Assembly (NCBI GenBank): GCA_019689585.1
Contig: JADGHG010000002.1
Span: 1-52,945 of the forward strand
DNA length: 52,945 nucleotides
Source of the DNA: Clostridia bacterium
GTDB lineage: Bacteria; Bacillota; Sulfobacillia; RBS10-35; JADGHG01
Direction: 5' to 3'
In this document: positions 18,256-27,350 of the stretch, in pieces
Position numbering within the stretch: the first letter of the stretch is position 1
Layout of the letters: each line of letters begins with the position of its first letter
Notes under the pieces: model-generated
Told to the model about the DNA's origin: nothing
Seen by the model: only the letters and a program-made list of their open reading frames with translations
Database searches by the model: none
Position numbers and translations under genes: made by a program

Positions 18256-19932
18256 ATGCCACCGGGGCGGCGGGGCGCGCCGACCGACCGATCCGCCCGC
18301 ACGCGGGCTGACCTGGCGCAGGGCGGAGGCACCGCCCGCAGGCCGGCCAGCGCGGACCGGCCCGACGCACGCGCCCGCGCGGGGGCCGGTCCAGCCGGTC
18401 CGCCCTGGGCCGAGGCCCTCTCGGCCCACGTCGAGGCCGAGCGGCGCCGGCGCCATATCCCGGGGCTCGCGCTCGCGGCCACGCAGGATGGGCGGGAGTC
18501 GTTCGCCCAGGGCTTCGGGCTCCGCGACCGCGAGGCCGGCCTCCCCGTCACGCCCGACACCGTATTCGGCGTCGGCTCGATCGCGAAGGCGTTCACCTGC
18601 GTCGCCATCCTCCAGCTCGCCGAGCGCGGCAAGCTGGCGCTCCTCGACCCGGTCGCGCGCTACCTCCCCGAGTTCCGGACGGCCGACCCCGACTGGACGA
18701 AGCGCATGACGATCCACCACTTCATGACGCACACCTCCGGGCTCCCGCCCCTCCCGGCGGTCGATCGCCTGGCCGCGCCCGGCGTCGCGGGCGACCCGAA
18801 GGCCGCGTCAGAAGGCGCGGCGACGGCACCGCCGATCGCGACGCCCGAGGAGCTCCTCGCCTTCATCGCGTCGGAGGGCGTCGAGCCCCTCGGCGAGCCC
18901 GGGCGCTACTTCAGTTACTCGAACGCGGCGTACGCGCTCCTCGGCCTCGTCGTCGCGCGGGTCGCCGACCTCCCCTACGAGGACTACGTCTTCCTCCGCA
19001 TCCTGCGGCCGCTCGGCATGGAGCGGACGACGTTCTCGCCCGAGGCGGCCTCCGGCTGGGAGGACGTGGCGGTCCCGTACGCCGGGACGCGAGCCGAAAA
19101 GGGCCGGGCCGAGCGGTCTTCGGCCCGCGCGCAGCCGGTCGCGGCCCGCGCCTTTCGACCCGCGCCCGCCCTCTCCGCGGCCGGCTTCCTCCTCTCGACG
19201 GCGCGCGACCTCCTCCGCTTCGCCGACATCTTCCGCACGGGCGGCGTCGGCCGGGCGGAAGTCGGCCGCCGGCTCGGCCGCGCCCCGGCCGGCGCGGGAC
19301 GGCGCATCCTGACCGGCGAATCGGTGCGGCGCATGACTCACCCCCACGCGGCGCTCGCACCCGGACTGGCCTACGGCTACGGCCTCACCGTGCACCGCGG
19401 TTATCACGGCCTGACGCTCGTCGGCTATGCGGACGGCCACGCGGTGGGTCCCTCGGGCCAGGCGGCCGCCTTCGAGGTGGCGCCCGAGATCGGGGTGGCG
19501 GCCGTCGAGCTCGCCAACCTCCCGCACCCGAGCCCGGGCTTCGCGGCGCACGCCGTCGTGAACGGGGCGCTCGGCCTGCCCCTCGACGCCCGCCGCCTCG
19601 CGTTCCCGGAAGCGACCTGCCCGGCCGAGCGGCTTTCGGACTACGCGGGCCGCTTCGCCGCGGCAGACGGCGTCGTCGTCCGCGTCGACGCCACCCGGGC
19701 CGGCCTCCGCTTCGAGGTCGAGGGGGAGCGGCTTCGGGCGCGACCCGTCGCTCCCGACGCCTTCGCCGTGCGCCGGGGCGAGGAAGAGGTGTACGCGCGC
19801 TTTCTCCGCGACGAGGCGGGCCGCATCTTCGCGCTCCACTGGGGCTTTCGCATCGTCCCACGCGCGCCCGCGCCGCCACGCGCGCCCAGGCCGGCCGCGA
19901 AAGCGCGCCCTTCCTCCCGTCCCCAAGGCTAG
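18256..19932 (+). CDS. serine hydrolase, beta-lactamase (class C/PBP4-like) family with C-terminal extra domain
   Basis: SD AAGGGAGG 8 nt upstream. SxxK 'GSIAKAF' and YxN 'YFSYSNAAY'. Paralog of 25783-27249. Confidence 0.85.
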   Translation: MPPGRRGAPTDRSARTRADLAQGGGTARRPASADRPDARARAGAGPAGPPWAEALSAHVEAERRRRHIPGLALAATQDGRESFAQGFGLRDREAGLPVTPDTVFGVGSIAKAFTCVAILQLAERGKLALLDPVARYLPEFRTADPDWTKRMTIHHFMTHTSGLPPLPAVDRLAAPGVAGDPKAASEGAATAPPIATPEELLAFIASEGVEPLGEPGRYFSYSNAAYALLGLVVARVADLPYEDYVFLRILRPLGMERTTFSPEAASGWEDVAVPYAGTRAEKGRAERSSARAQPVAARAFRPAPALSAAGFLLSTARDLLRFADIFRTGGVGRAEVGRRLGRAPAGAGRRILTGESVRRMTHPHAALAPGLAYGYGLTVHRGYHGLTLVGYADGHAVGPSGQAAAFEVAPEIGVAAVELANLPHPSPGFAAHAVVNGALGLPLDARRLAFPEATCPAERLSDYAGRFAAADGVVVRVDATRAGLRFEVEGERLRARPVAPDAFAVRRGEEEVYARFLRDEAGRIFALHWGFRIVPRAPAPPRAPRPAAKARPSSRPQG

Positions 19933-20049
19933 GCTCCGCACCGGAAGCAGGAAACCGACGCCTCGCGACGAATGGCTCGGCCAACCCGGGCGTGAAGTGG
20001 AGCTTCATCCCGTTCATCGCAGGTGCCTAGAGGAAGGGGAGAGTCGGCC

Positions 20050-21756
20050 ATGGTGAAGAAGGACGCGTCGTCGTCGAGCCCTCGGCCGGAAGGCCGGCGC
20101 CGGGCGCGCGCCGCGTGGCGTCGGCGCGCCCGCCTCGGGGTGCTTGCCGCGGCCCTGCTCCTCGTCCTCGCGGCCTGCGGCGGCGGTCCGACGGCGCAGG
20201 CGCCGAGCGGCTCCGAGGCCGCGCCGTCGGAGGCGGCGCCCGTCGCCGGCGGCACGCTCACGCTCGCCATGACGGACGAGCCCGACACGCTCGACCCGGC
20301 CCACACGGTCGCCGGTCCCTCGGAAGGGATCTTCTACTTCATCTACGACACGCTCGTCGCGCGCACGGCCGACGGAGGGTTCGAGGGCGACCTCGCGAGC
20401 GACTGGTCCGTCTCGGACGACGCCAAGACCTGGACCTTCCACCTGCGGCCCGGCCTCGTCTTCTCGAACGGCGACCCGCTCGACGCCGACGCCGTCGTCT
20501 TCACCTTCCAACGCATCCTCGACCCGGCGACGCAGGCGCCCTCGAAGGGCTTCCTCGGCCCGGTCGAGTCGGTCGAGAAGGTCGACGACTCGACCGTCGT
20601 GTTCCACCTCGCGGCGCCCTCGGCGCTGCTTCTCGACAACCTCGCGATCAGCTACTTCGGCATCGTCGACCCCAAGGCCGTCCAGGCCGAAGGGGACGGC
20701 TACGGGCGGCAGCCCGTCGGCTCCGGGCCCTTCATGCTGAAGGAGTGGGCGACGGGCGACCACATCACGCTCGTCCCCAACCCGAACCACAAGGAGTTCC
20801 GCTCGACCGTCGCGAACAAGGGGCGGCCCTACCTCGACGCCGTCGTCTTCCGCATCATCCCGCAGGTCGAGACGCAGCTCGCGGCGCTCGAGAGCGGCGA
20901 GATCGACGCGGCGCTCAGCGTCCAGGGCGACAAGGCCGAGCTCTACCAGGGGAAGCCCGGGTTCCAGGTCGTCGTCAACCCGGCCTCGATCGGGATCGAG
21001 TACATCTTCTTCGCGATGGAGAAGCCCGCGAGCGGCGAGAGCGTCTACAAGCCGCCCTTCGACGACATCCGCGTCCGCCAGGCGGTCGGCTACGCGCTCG
21101 ACGTGCCCGGCATCATCCAGGCGGTCTTGCACGGCTACGCCGTCCGCAACTGCACGCCGATGCCGACGGGCGTCTTCGCCTACGACCCCGACCTGAACCA
21201 GACCTACTGCTACGCGCAGGACACGGCCAAGGCGGGCGAGCTCCTCGACGCGGCCGGCTGGACGCTGGGGGCGGACGGCGTGCGGCAGAAGGACGGGAAG
21301 CCGCTCCACGTCGAGTTCTGGGCGCTCGACGCCGACAAGGACGTGGCGCAGGTCATCCAGTCGCAGCTTCAGGCGGTCGGCTTCCAGGTCGACGTGAAGG
21401 CGCTCGACGTCGCGACGTACGTCTCGACGATCGGCACAAGCGGCATGAACCTGGGCCTTGTGAACGTGGGTTGGTCGGCTCCCAACATCCTCGACATCAT
21501 GGCGACCCTCGGCTTCGGCTTCGGGCTCTACAACCGCAACGGGCTTCCCGAGGCGCTCGCCAAGGCCGGCGTGACGGTCGACGAGGCCGCGAGGCGGGAC
21601 GCCTACGTGGCCGCGCAGAAGATCATCCTCGACGACGCCGCGATCATCCCCCTCTACTCGCCGGAGGGGATCTCGATCGCCTCGGACAAGGTGATGAACT
21701 TCAAGTTCGGCCCGGATAGCCACATCACGCTGCCCGACGTGTGGCTCAAGCGGTAG
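20050..21756 (+). CDS. ABC transporter substrate-binding lipoprotein, peptide/nickel family 5 (DppA/OppA-like)
   Basis: ATG at 20050 follows GAGGAAGGGGAG. Arg-rich signal with lipobox 'LVLAAC'. Typical SBP_bac_5 body. Confidence 0.9.
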   Translation: MVKKDASSSSPRPEGRRRARAAWRRRARLGVLAAALLLVLAACGGGPTAQAPSGSEAAPSEAAPVAGGTLTLAMTDEPDTLDPAHTVAGPSEGIFYFIYDTLVARTADGGFEGDLASDWSVSDDAKTWTFHLRPGLVFSNGDPLDADAVVFTFQRILDPATQAPSKGFLGPVESVEKVDDSTVVFHLAAPSALLLDNLAISYFGIVDPKAVQAEGDGYGRQPVGSGPFMLKEWATGDHITLVPNPNHKEFRSTVANKGRPYLDAVVFRIIPQVETQLAALESGEIDAALSVQGDKAELYQGKPGFQVVVNPASIGIEYIFFAMEKPASGESVYKPPFDDIRVRQAVGYALDVPGIIQAVLHGYAVRNCTPMPTGVFAYDPDLNQTYCYAQDTAKAGELLDAAGWTLGADGVRQKDGKPLHVEFWALDADKDVAQVIQSQLQAVGFQVDVKALDVATYVSTIGTSGMNLGLVNVGWSAPNILDIMATLGFGFGLYNRNGLPEALAKAGVTVDEAARRDAYVAAQKIILDDAAIIPLYSPEGISIASDKVMNFKFGPDSHITLPDVWLKR

Positions 21757-21792
21757 GCGGAGGGGGCCTCCGGGCGGGAAGGCGGCCGGCGC

Positions 21793-22719
21793 GTGGGGCG
21801 CTATGTGCTGGCGAGGATCGGGGTCGCCGTGCCGACCCTGGTCCTCGTGTCCTTCTGCGTGTTCCTCATGCTGCGGCTCGTGCCGGGCGACCCGGTGCGG
21901 CTCATGTTCGGGATGACGCCGCCGCCCGAGAGCGAGATGGCGCTTCTCCGCCACGAGCTCGGTCTCGATGAGCCGCTCCTCGCCCAGTACGCCGCCTTCC
22001 TCGACCGGAGCCTGCACGGCGACCTCGGGGTCAGCTACCGATCGAAGGAGCCGGTGGCGTCGATGATCGCCGACCGGCTGCCGCGCACGCTCCGCCTCAT
22101 CGGGCTCTCCCTCGTGCTCGCCGCGCTCCTCGGTCTCTCGTTCGGGATCCTGGCGGCGCTCCACTCCGGTCGCTGGCCCGACCTCGCGACGAGCGCGCTC
22201 GCCGTGGTCGGCGTCTCGATCCCGCAGTTCTGGCTCGGCCTCATGCTCATCCTCCTCTTCGCCGTCCGCCTCCATTGGCTCCCGGCGGCCGGCTCGGCCA
22301 CGCCCGCCCACGCCGTCCTGCCCGCCACCACGCTCGCCCTCGGCAACGCGGCCGTGCTCGCGCGGGTGACGCGCTCGGCGATGGTGGAGATCCTGGGCCA
22401 GGACTTCGTCCGCACCGCCTGGGCCAAGGGGCTTCCGCCCGCGCGCGTCGTCGGCGTGCACGTCTTGAAGAACGTCCTCATCCCGTTCCTCACGCTGGCC
22501 GGGCTACAGCTCGGCGACCTCCTGAGCGGCGCCTTCGTCGTCGAGAACGTCTTCGGCTACGCCGGCATCGGCCAGCTCGGCGTCTACGCGATGGCGCAGC
22601 GCGACTTCCCCGTCACCCAGGGCGTGGTGCTGCTCGCGGCCACGGGCTATGTGCTCGTGAACCTGGTCGTCGACGTGCTCTACGGCCTCGTCGACCCGAG
22701 GATCCGCTACGATGCGTAG
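21793..22719 (+). CDS. ABC transporter permease (DppB/OppB-like)
   Basis: BPD_transp_1 pattern with the EAA-like loop 'VRTAWAKGL'. Length is 308 aa. Confidence 0.9.
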   Translation: MGRYVLARIGVAVPTLVLVSFCVFLMLRLVPGDPVRLMFGMTPPPESEMALLRHELGLDEPLLAQYAAFLDRSLHGDLGVSYRSKEPVASMIADRLPRTLRLIGLSLVLAALLGLSFGILAALHSGRWPDLATSALAVVGVSIPQFWLGLMLILLFAVRLHWLPAAGSATPAHAVLPATTLALGNAAVLARVTRSAMVEILGQDFVRTAWAKGLPPARVVGVHVLKNVLIPFLTLAGLQLGDLLSGAFVVENVFGYAGIGQLGVYAMAQRDFPVTQGVVLLAATGYVLVNLVVDVLYGLVDPRIRYDA

Positions 22720-23593
22720 GCGCCTTCCGCCGCAGATCGCCCTCGGCGGCTCGATCGTGGCGCTGGTCCTCCTGACGGCCGCCTTCGCCCCCTGGATCGC
22801 CCCCGGCGACCCGACGGCGATGCACCTCGCCGAGGCGCTCAGGCCGCCCGGGCCGGGCCACCCGGCCGGTACCGACAACTTCGGCCGCGACGTGTTCACG
22901 CGCATCGTTCAAGGGACGCGCCTCTCGATCGGCGCAAGCCTCGCCGCCGTCGCGATCGCCGGCGTCTTCGGGACGGCGCTCGGGCTCGTCTCGGGGTACC
23001 TGGGCGGCTGGGTCGACCTCCTCGTGCAGCGCCTCGTCGACCTCATGCTCGCGTTCCCGGGGCTTCTCCTGGCGCTGGGGATTGTCGCCGTCCTCGGGCC
23101 CGGGCTTGCGAACGTGATGCTGGCCGTCGGCATCGCGGGGGTGCCGGGCTTCGCGCGGCTTGTGCGCGGCGAGACGCTCGCCGTCCGCTCGCGCGAATTC
23201 GTGCTCGCCGCGAAGAGTGCGGGGGCGCCGGCCTTTCGCATCGTCCTCCGGCACGTCCTGCCGAACGTGGCCTCGCGGGTCGCCGTCGTGGCGACCCTGG
23301 CTCTCGCGGGCGCGATCCTCGCGACGGCGTCCTTGAGCTACCTCGGGCTCGGCGCGCAGCCGCCGACGCCGGCCTGGGGCACGATGCTGGCCGACGGCCA
23401 GAAGTACATCTTCCAAGCCTGGTGGCTGCCCACGATGCCGGGCCTCGCGATCGCCGTCTCCGTCCTCGGGTTCAACATCCTGGGCGACGGTCTCCAGGAC
23501 GCGCTCGACCCGCGCATCCGGCGGCTACGGGCGACGGACGGCGGAGGGTCCGGGGAGAGGAGAGGGGACGGTCGTGGACGAGGTGCGGCTTGA
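22712..23593 (+). CDS. ABC transporter permease (DppC/OppC-like)
   Basis: Overlaps the previous gene by 8 nt. 'EFVLAAKSAGA' EAA loop. Length is 293 aa. Confidence 0.9.
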   Translation: MRRRLPPQIALGGSIVALVLLTAAFAPWIAPGDPTAMHLAEALRPPGPGHPAGTDNFGRDVFTRIVQGTRLSIGASLAAVAIAGVFGTALGLVSGYLGGWVDLLVQRLVDLMLAFPGLLLALGIVAVLGPGLANVMLAVGIAGVPGFARLVRGETLAVRSREFVLAAKSAGAPAFRIVLRHVLPNVASRVAVVATLALAGAILATASLSYLGLGAQPPTPAWGTMLADGQKYIFQAWWLPTMPGLAIAVSVLGFNILGDGLQDALDPRIRRLRATDGGGSGERRGDGRGRGAA

Positions 23594-25664
23594 GGCGGAT
23601 GCGATCCTGCGCTTTCGGGCGCCGTTCGACGTGGCGGCCTCGCCGTCCGGCGAGGCGGCCTGCTTCGTGGTGCGCAAGGCGCTCGAAAAGGGCGACGGCT
23701 ACGAGACGCGCATCTGGATCGTGCGGAGGGACGGCGGGGGCGCGCGGCCGCTCACCGCGGGTCCGCGGGACAGCTGCCCGCGCTGGTCGCCCGACGGCCG
23801 CTCGATCGCCTTCCTTTCGGCGCGGGACGGCGAGCCCCAGGTCTACCTCCTGCCGATGGCGGGCGGCGAGGCGTTGCCGCTCAGCCGGGGGCTCCGGGGC
23901 GCGACGTCGCTCGCCTGGTCCTCGGACGGCTCGCTCATCGCCGTCCTCGCCCGGGGCGAGCACCCGGCCGCCGGGGAGGCGCTCCTTGCGGCCCTGGCCT
24001 GGCGGCCCGAGGGGGCGGAGAAGGTGCCCCTCGTGCACGTGAGCGAGCGCCTCGAGTACCGCTTCGACGGCATGGGCTACCACGACGACGGGCGCAGGCA
24101 CCTCTTCGCGCTCCCCGTCCCGCGCGACCCGGCGGACGGGCCTCGCGAGGCGGAGCCGGTGACATCCGGCGCCTTCGACGTCGTCGCCTTCGACTGGCGG
24201 CCGGGGAGCCGGCGGATCGCCTTCGCGACGAACCGGGAGGACGACGCCGAGCTCGGGTGGCGGAAGGACCTCTGGGAGGTCGAGCTCGGGCCGGACGGGA
24301 AGCCTGTCGGCCAGCCGGTCCTCCTCTCGCGCCACACGGGCCCCATCTGGTCTTTGGCCTGGTCGCCTGCGGGCGACCGGCTCGCGTTCCTTGGCGCCGA
24401 CGGGCGGCACGGGCATGCGACCAAGTGGTCGCTCTTCCAGTACCGGGACGGCCAAGGCATCGCCGACGCGCTCCCCGACTACCCCTGGGGGGTAGGCGAC
24501 CTCGCGCACGGCGACGTGGGCCTTGGCGGCTTCGGCCCGCCGGCCTGGACCCGCGACGGGCGCTCGGTCGTCTTCACCTCGTTCCGGGACGGCCGCCTCC
24601 GGCTCGTCGCCGCGGAGTTCCCGGAGGGCGGCGAGGGCCTTCGCCCCGCCCGCCCGCGCGAGCTCGGGACGGACGACCTGCCCTCGCCGCTCTGGCCTTC
24701 GGCCGGCCCGGAGGGCGTCTACTTCGCCGGGGAGGACTGGGATCGGCCGCCCGAAGTCTGGCACCTCCCCTGGCACGGCGAGGCCGAGCCTCTTACGAGC
24801 TTGAACCGCGAGGCGGCCGCCGCCCTTCCGCCGCTTCACACGGAGCGGCTTCGCTGGACGAGCGAGGACGGGTGGCCCATCGAAGGCTGGCTCCGCGTCC
24901 CCGAGGGCGCCCTGCGGGAGGGCCGGCTCGCGCTCGTCGTCGAGATCCACGGCGGGCCGCACGGGAACTACGCCCCCGCCTTCCGCTTCGCCGACCACCT
25001 CCACGCCGCGCGGGGACGCGCCGTCTTCTTCTGCAATCCGCGCGGCAGCTCGGGCTACGGCCAGGCCTTTCAGGCCGCCTGCGTGCGCGACTGGGGCGGC
25101 GGCGACTACCGCGACATCCTGGCCGGCGTCGAGCGGGCCCTCGAGGAAGGCTTCGCCGACGCACGGCGCATGGCCGTCACCGGCATCAGCTACGGCGGCT
25201 ACATGACGGGCTGGGTCGTCACCCACACCGACCGCTTCGCCTGCGCCGTGGCCGAGATGGTGGTCGCGAACCTCGTCAGCATGTACGGGACGAGCGACGT
25301 CGGCCCCCACTTCATCCCCTTCGAGGGGGGCGGGACGCCGTGGGACGGCCTCGAGGAGCTCTGGGCGCACTCGCCGCTCCGCTACGCCGAAGCGGCCCGC
25401 ACGCCGACGCTCGTCGTCACGGGCACGGCCGACTACCGCTGCCCGAGCGCCGAAGGCGAGCAGCTCTACGCTGCCTTGAAGCGCCGGGGCGTACCCTCGG
25501 CCATCGCCGTGTTCGAGGAGGCGAGCCATGCCTTCTCGCTCCTCGGGTTGCCCTCGCAGCGCGTCCGCCGCCTCCTGCTCGTCGACGCCTGGATGGCGCG
25601 CTGGCTCGACGGGCGGGGCGAGGCGGCCGGCCCGCCCGCCGGGTCGTCCGCGGCCGACCTCTGA
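23574..25664 (+). CDS. S9 family serine peptidase (prolyl oligopeptidase / acylaminoacyl-peptidase type) with N-terminal beta-propeller
   Basis: Nucleophile elbow 'GISYGGYM', 'GTADYRCP' and 'ASHAF'. Repeated 'W.PDG' propeller blades. Confidence 0.9.
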   Translation: MDEVRLEADAILRFRAPFDVAASPSGEAACFVVRKALEKGDGYETRIWIVRRDGGGARPLTAGPRDSCPRWSPDGRSIAFLSARDGEPQVYLLPMAGGEALPLSRGLRGATSLAWSSDGSLIAVLARGEHPAAGEALLAALAWRPEGAEKVPLVHVSERLEYRFDGMGYHDDGRRHLFALPVPRDPADGPREAEPVTSGAFDVVAFDWRPGSRRIAFATNREDDAELGWRKDLWEVELGPDGKPVGQPVLLSRHTGPIWSLAWSPAGDRLAFLGADGRHGHATKWSLFQYRDGQGIADALPDYPWGVGDLAHGDVGLGGFGPPAWTRDGRSVVFTSFRDGRLRLVAAEFPEGGEGLRPARPRELGTDDLPSPLWPSAGPEGVYFAGEDWDRPPEVWHLPWHGEAEPLTSLNREAAAALPPLHTERLRWTSEDGWPIEGWLRVPEGALREGRLALVVEIHGGPHGNYAPAFRFADHLHAARGRAVFFCNPRGSSGYGQAFQAACVRDWGGGDYRDILAGVERALEEGFADARRMAVTGISYGGYMTGWVVTHTDRFACAVAEMVVANLVSMYGTSDVGPHFIPFEGGGTPWDGLEELWAHSPLRYAEAARTPTLVVTGTADYRCPSAEGEQLYAALKRRGVPSAIAVFEEASHAFSLLGLPSQRVRRLLLVDAWMARWLDGRGEAAGPPAGSSAADL

Positions 25665-25782
25665 CCGTGGAGGCGGCCTCCGGGAGGATCGCGGGAGGGC
25701 CCGGCGAATCGGGTCGGCGAGCCGCGTCGTTCACTTGGGGTGCACGGAGTGCATGGCGATTGCAACGGGAGGGGGACGCCGG

Positions 25783-27249
25783 ATGGCAGAGGGCAAGGCG
25801 GCCGGCTGGGAGCCGGAGTACGAGGCGTACGGGGAGAAGCTGCTTCGGGCGTACGGGACGCCGGCGGCCTCGGTCGCCGTCGCCGAGGAGGGGCGGCTCG
25901 TCTACCACCGCGGCTTCGGCCACCGCGACGCCGAGGGCCGGCTGCCCGTCACGCCCGATACCGTGTTCGGCATCGGCTCGATCACGAAGTCGTTCACGGC
26001 CGTCGCCATCCTGAAGCTCCAGGAGGCGGGCCTCCTCTCGGTCGAGGATCCGGTCGTGCGCTACCTGCCGGAGTTCCGGACGCCGGACGAGGCCCAGACG
26101 AAAGCCATCACGATCCACCACTTCCTCACCCACACCTCGGGGCTGCCGCCCTTGCCGTCTTTGCAGCTCGCGCTTCTGCGCAGCTTCCGCGAGGACCCCG
26201 ACGTGAAGGACCAGGAGGGCGAGGAGGTGGTCGAGAAGCTGCGCACGGCCAAGCCGATCGACACCTACGAGCAGCTCCTCGCCTTCATCGCCGAGACGCC
26301 CTTCGAGCTCCTCGGCCCGCCCGGCCGTTACTTCAGCTACTCGAACGACGCCTACGCGCTGCTCGGCGCGATCGTCGAGCGCGTCTCGGGCGAGCGCTAC
26401 GAGGACTACGTGACGCGCCACATCCTCGCCCCCTGCGGGATGGACTCGTCGACGTTCGACGTCCCGAGCCGGGAGCGCTTCCCCGACCTCGCCGACCTCT
26501 TCGCCGAGAAGCGGAAGGACGGCGAGCCCTACGTCGCCCACTCGCCGGTCTGGTGGCAGGCGCCCAGCATGACGGCGGCCGGGTTCCTGCGCTCGAGCGC
26601 GCGCGACATGCTGCGCTACCTCGACATCTTCCGCACCGGCGGCCTTGCGGGCGAAGGCCGCGTGCTGAGCGAGGGCAGCGTGCGCCTCATGACGGCACCC
26701 CACGCCCGCTGCGGTCAGAACATGTACTACGGCTACGGGCTCATGATCACCCCGGGCTACGACGGCGTGACGCTCGTCGAGCACGGCGGGAACATCAAGG
26801 GCGCCGCCGCCTGGGCCTCGGTCGTGCCCGAGCGCGGCTGGACCGGCATCGCGCTCACGAACCTCGTGAGCTCGCCGGCCGACCAGCTCATCCTCTCCGT
26901 CTGGAACGCCCGGCTCGGCCTCCCGCTCGATCGGCGCCACGAGGTCTTCGAGGACTACGCGCTCCCGGCCGACCGCCTCGCCGAGTACGAGGGCCGCTTC
27001 GTCTCGGGCGAGGGCGCCGCCGTGGACGTGCGCGCCCAGGGGGGCGGGCTCGAGTTCACGATCGGCAAGGACACGTACCGGGCGCGGCCGGTCGGCCCCG
27101 ACCGCTTCGCCGTGCGCGTGAAGGAGCTCGAGGCTCCGGTCGCGTTCCTGCGCCGGGAGGACGGGCGCATCTGGGCCATGGCCTTCAGCTTCCGCATCGT
27201 GCGGCGCGCCGGGGACGAGGCGGCGAGGGCGGAGAAGGCCGGCGCCTGA
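25783..27249 (+). CDS. serine hydrolase, beta-lactamase (class C-like) family, paralog of 18256-19932
   Basis: ATG at 25783 follows GGGAGGGGGA. SxxK 'GSITKSF', 'YFSYSNDAY' and 'EHGGN'. It shares long motif strings with the paralog ('VTPDTVFG.GSI.K.FT', 'TIHHF.THTSGLPPLP'). Confidence 0.85.
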   Translation: MAEGKAAGWEPEYEAYGEKLLRAYGTPAASVAVAEEGRLVYHRGFGHRDAEGRLPVTPDTVFGIGSITKSFTAVAILKLQEAGLLSVEDPVVRYLPEFRTPDEAQTKAITIHHFLTHTSGLPPLPSLQLALLRSFREDPDVKDQEGEEVVEKLRTAKPIDTYEQLLAFIAETPFELLGPPGRYFSYSNDAYALLGAIVERVSGERYEDYVTRHILAPCGMDSSTFDVPSRERFPDLADLFAEKRKDGEPYVAHSPVWWQAPSMTAAGFLRSSARDMLRYLDIFRTGGLAGEGRVLSEGSVRLMTAPHARCGQNMYYGYGLMITPGYDGVTLVEHGGNIKGAAAWASVVPERGWTGIALTNLVSSPADQLILSVWNARLGLPLDRRHEVFEDYALPADRLAEYEGRFVSGEGAAVDVRAQGGGLEFTIGKDTYRARPVGPDRFAVRVKELEAPVAFLRREDGRIWAMAFSFRIVRRAGDEAARAEKAGA

Positions 27250-27258
27250 CGGCCCGCG

Positions 27259-27287
27259 TTGCCCGCGCCAGGGCCCGTCCCTATACT
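27259..27287 (+). promoter_or_regulatory. candidate sigma-70-type promoter of hisS-aspS (TTGCCC-17-TATACT)
   Basis: -35 at 27259-27264 and -10 at 27282-27287 with a 17-nt spacer, 64 nt upstream of the hisS ATG. Confidence 0.45.
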
Positions 27288-27350
27288 GGATGGAAGTCCT
27301 GGGCGCCCCGAGCCGGGCGCCCGCGCGCTCCGCGGGGGTGGCCCGAAGCG

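Noticed and set aside
27250-27350. T-box leader upstream of hisS-aspS, as in Bacillus
   Set aside because: The gap is only about 100 nt, whereas T-box leaders are usually about 200-300 nt. I could find no T-box consensus-like sequence or specifier-loop architecture by eye. Only promoter-like hexamers are present.
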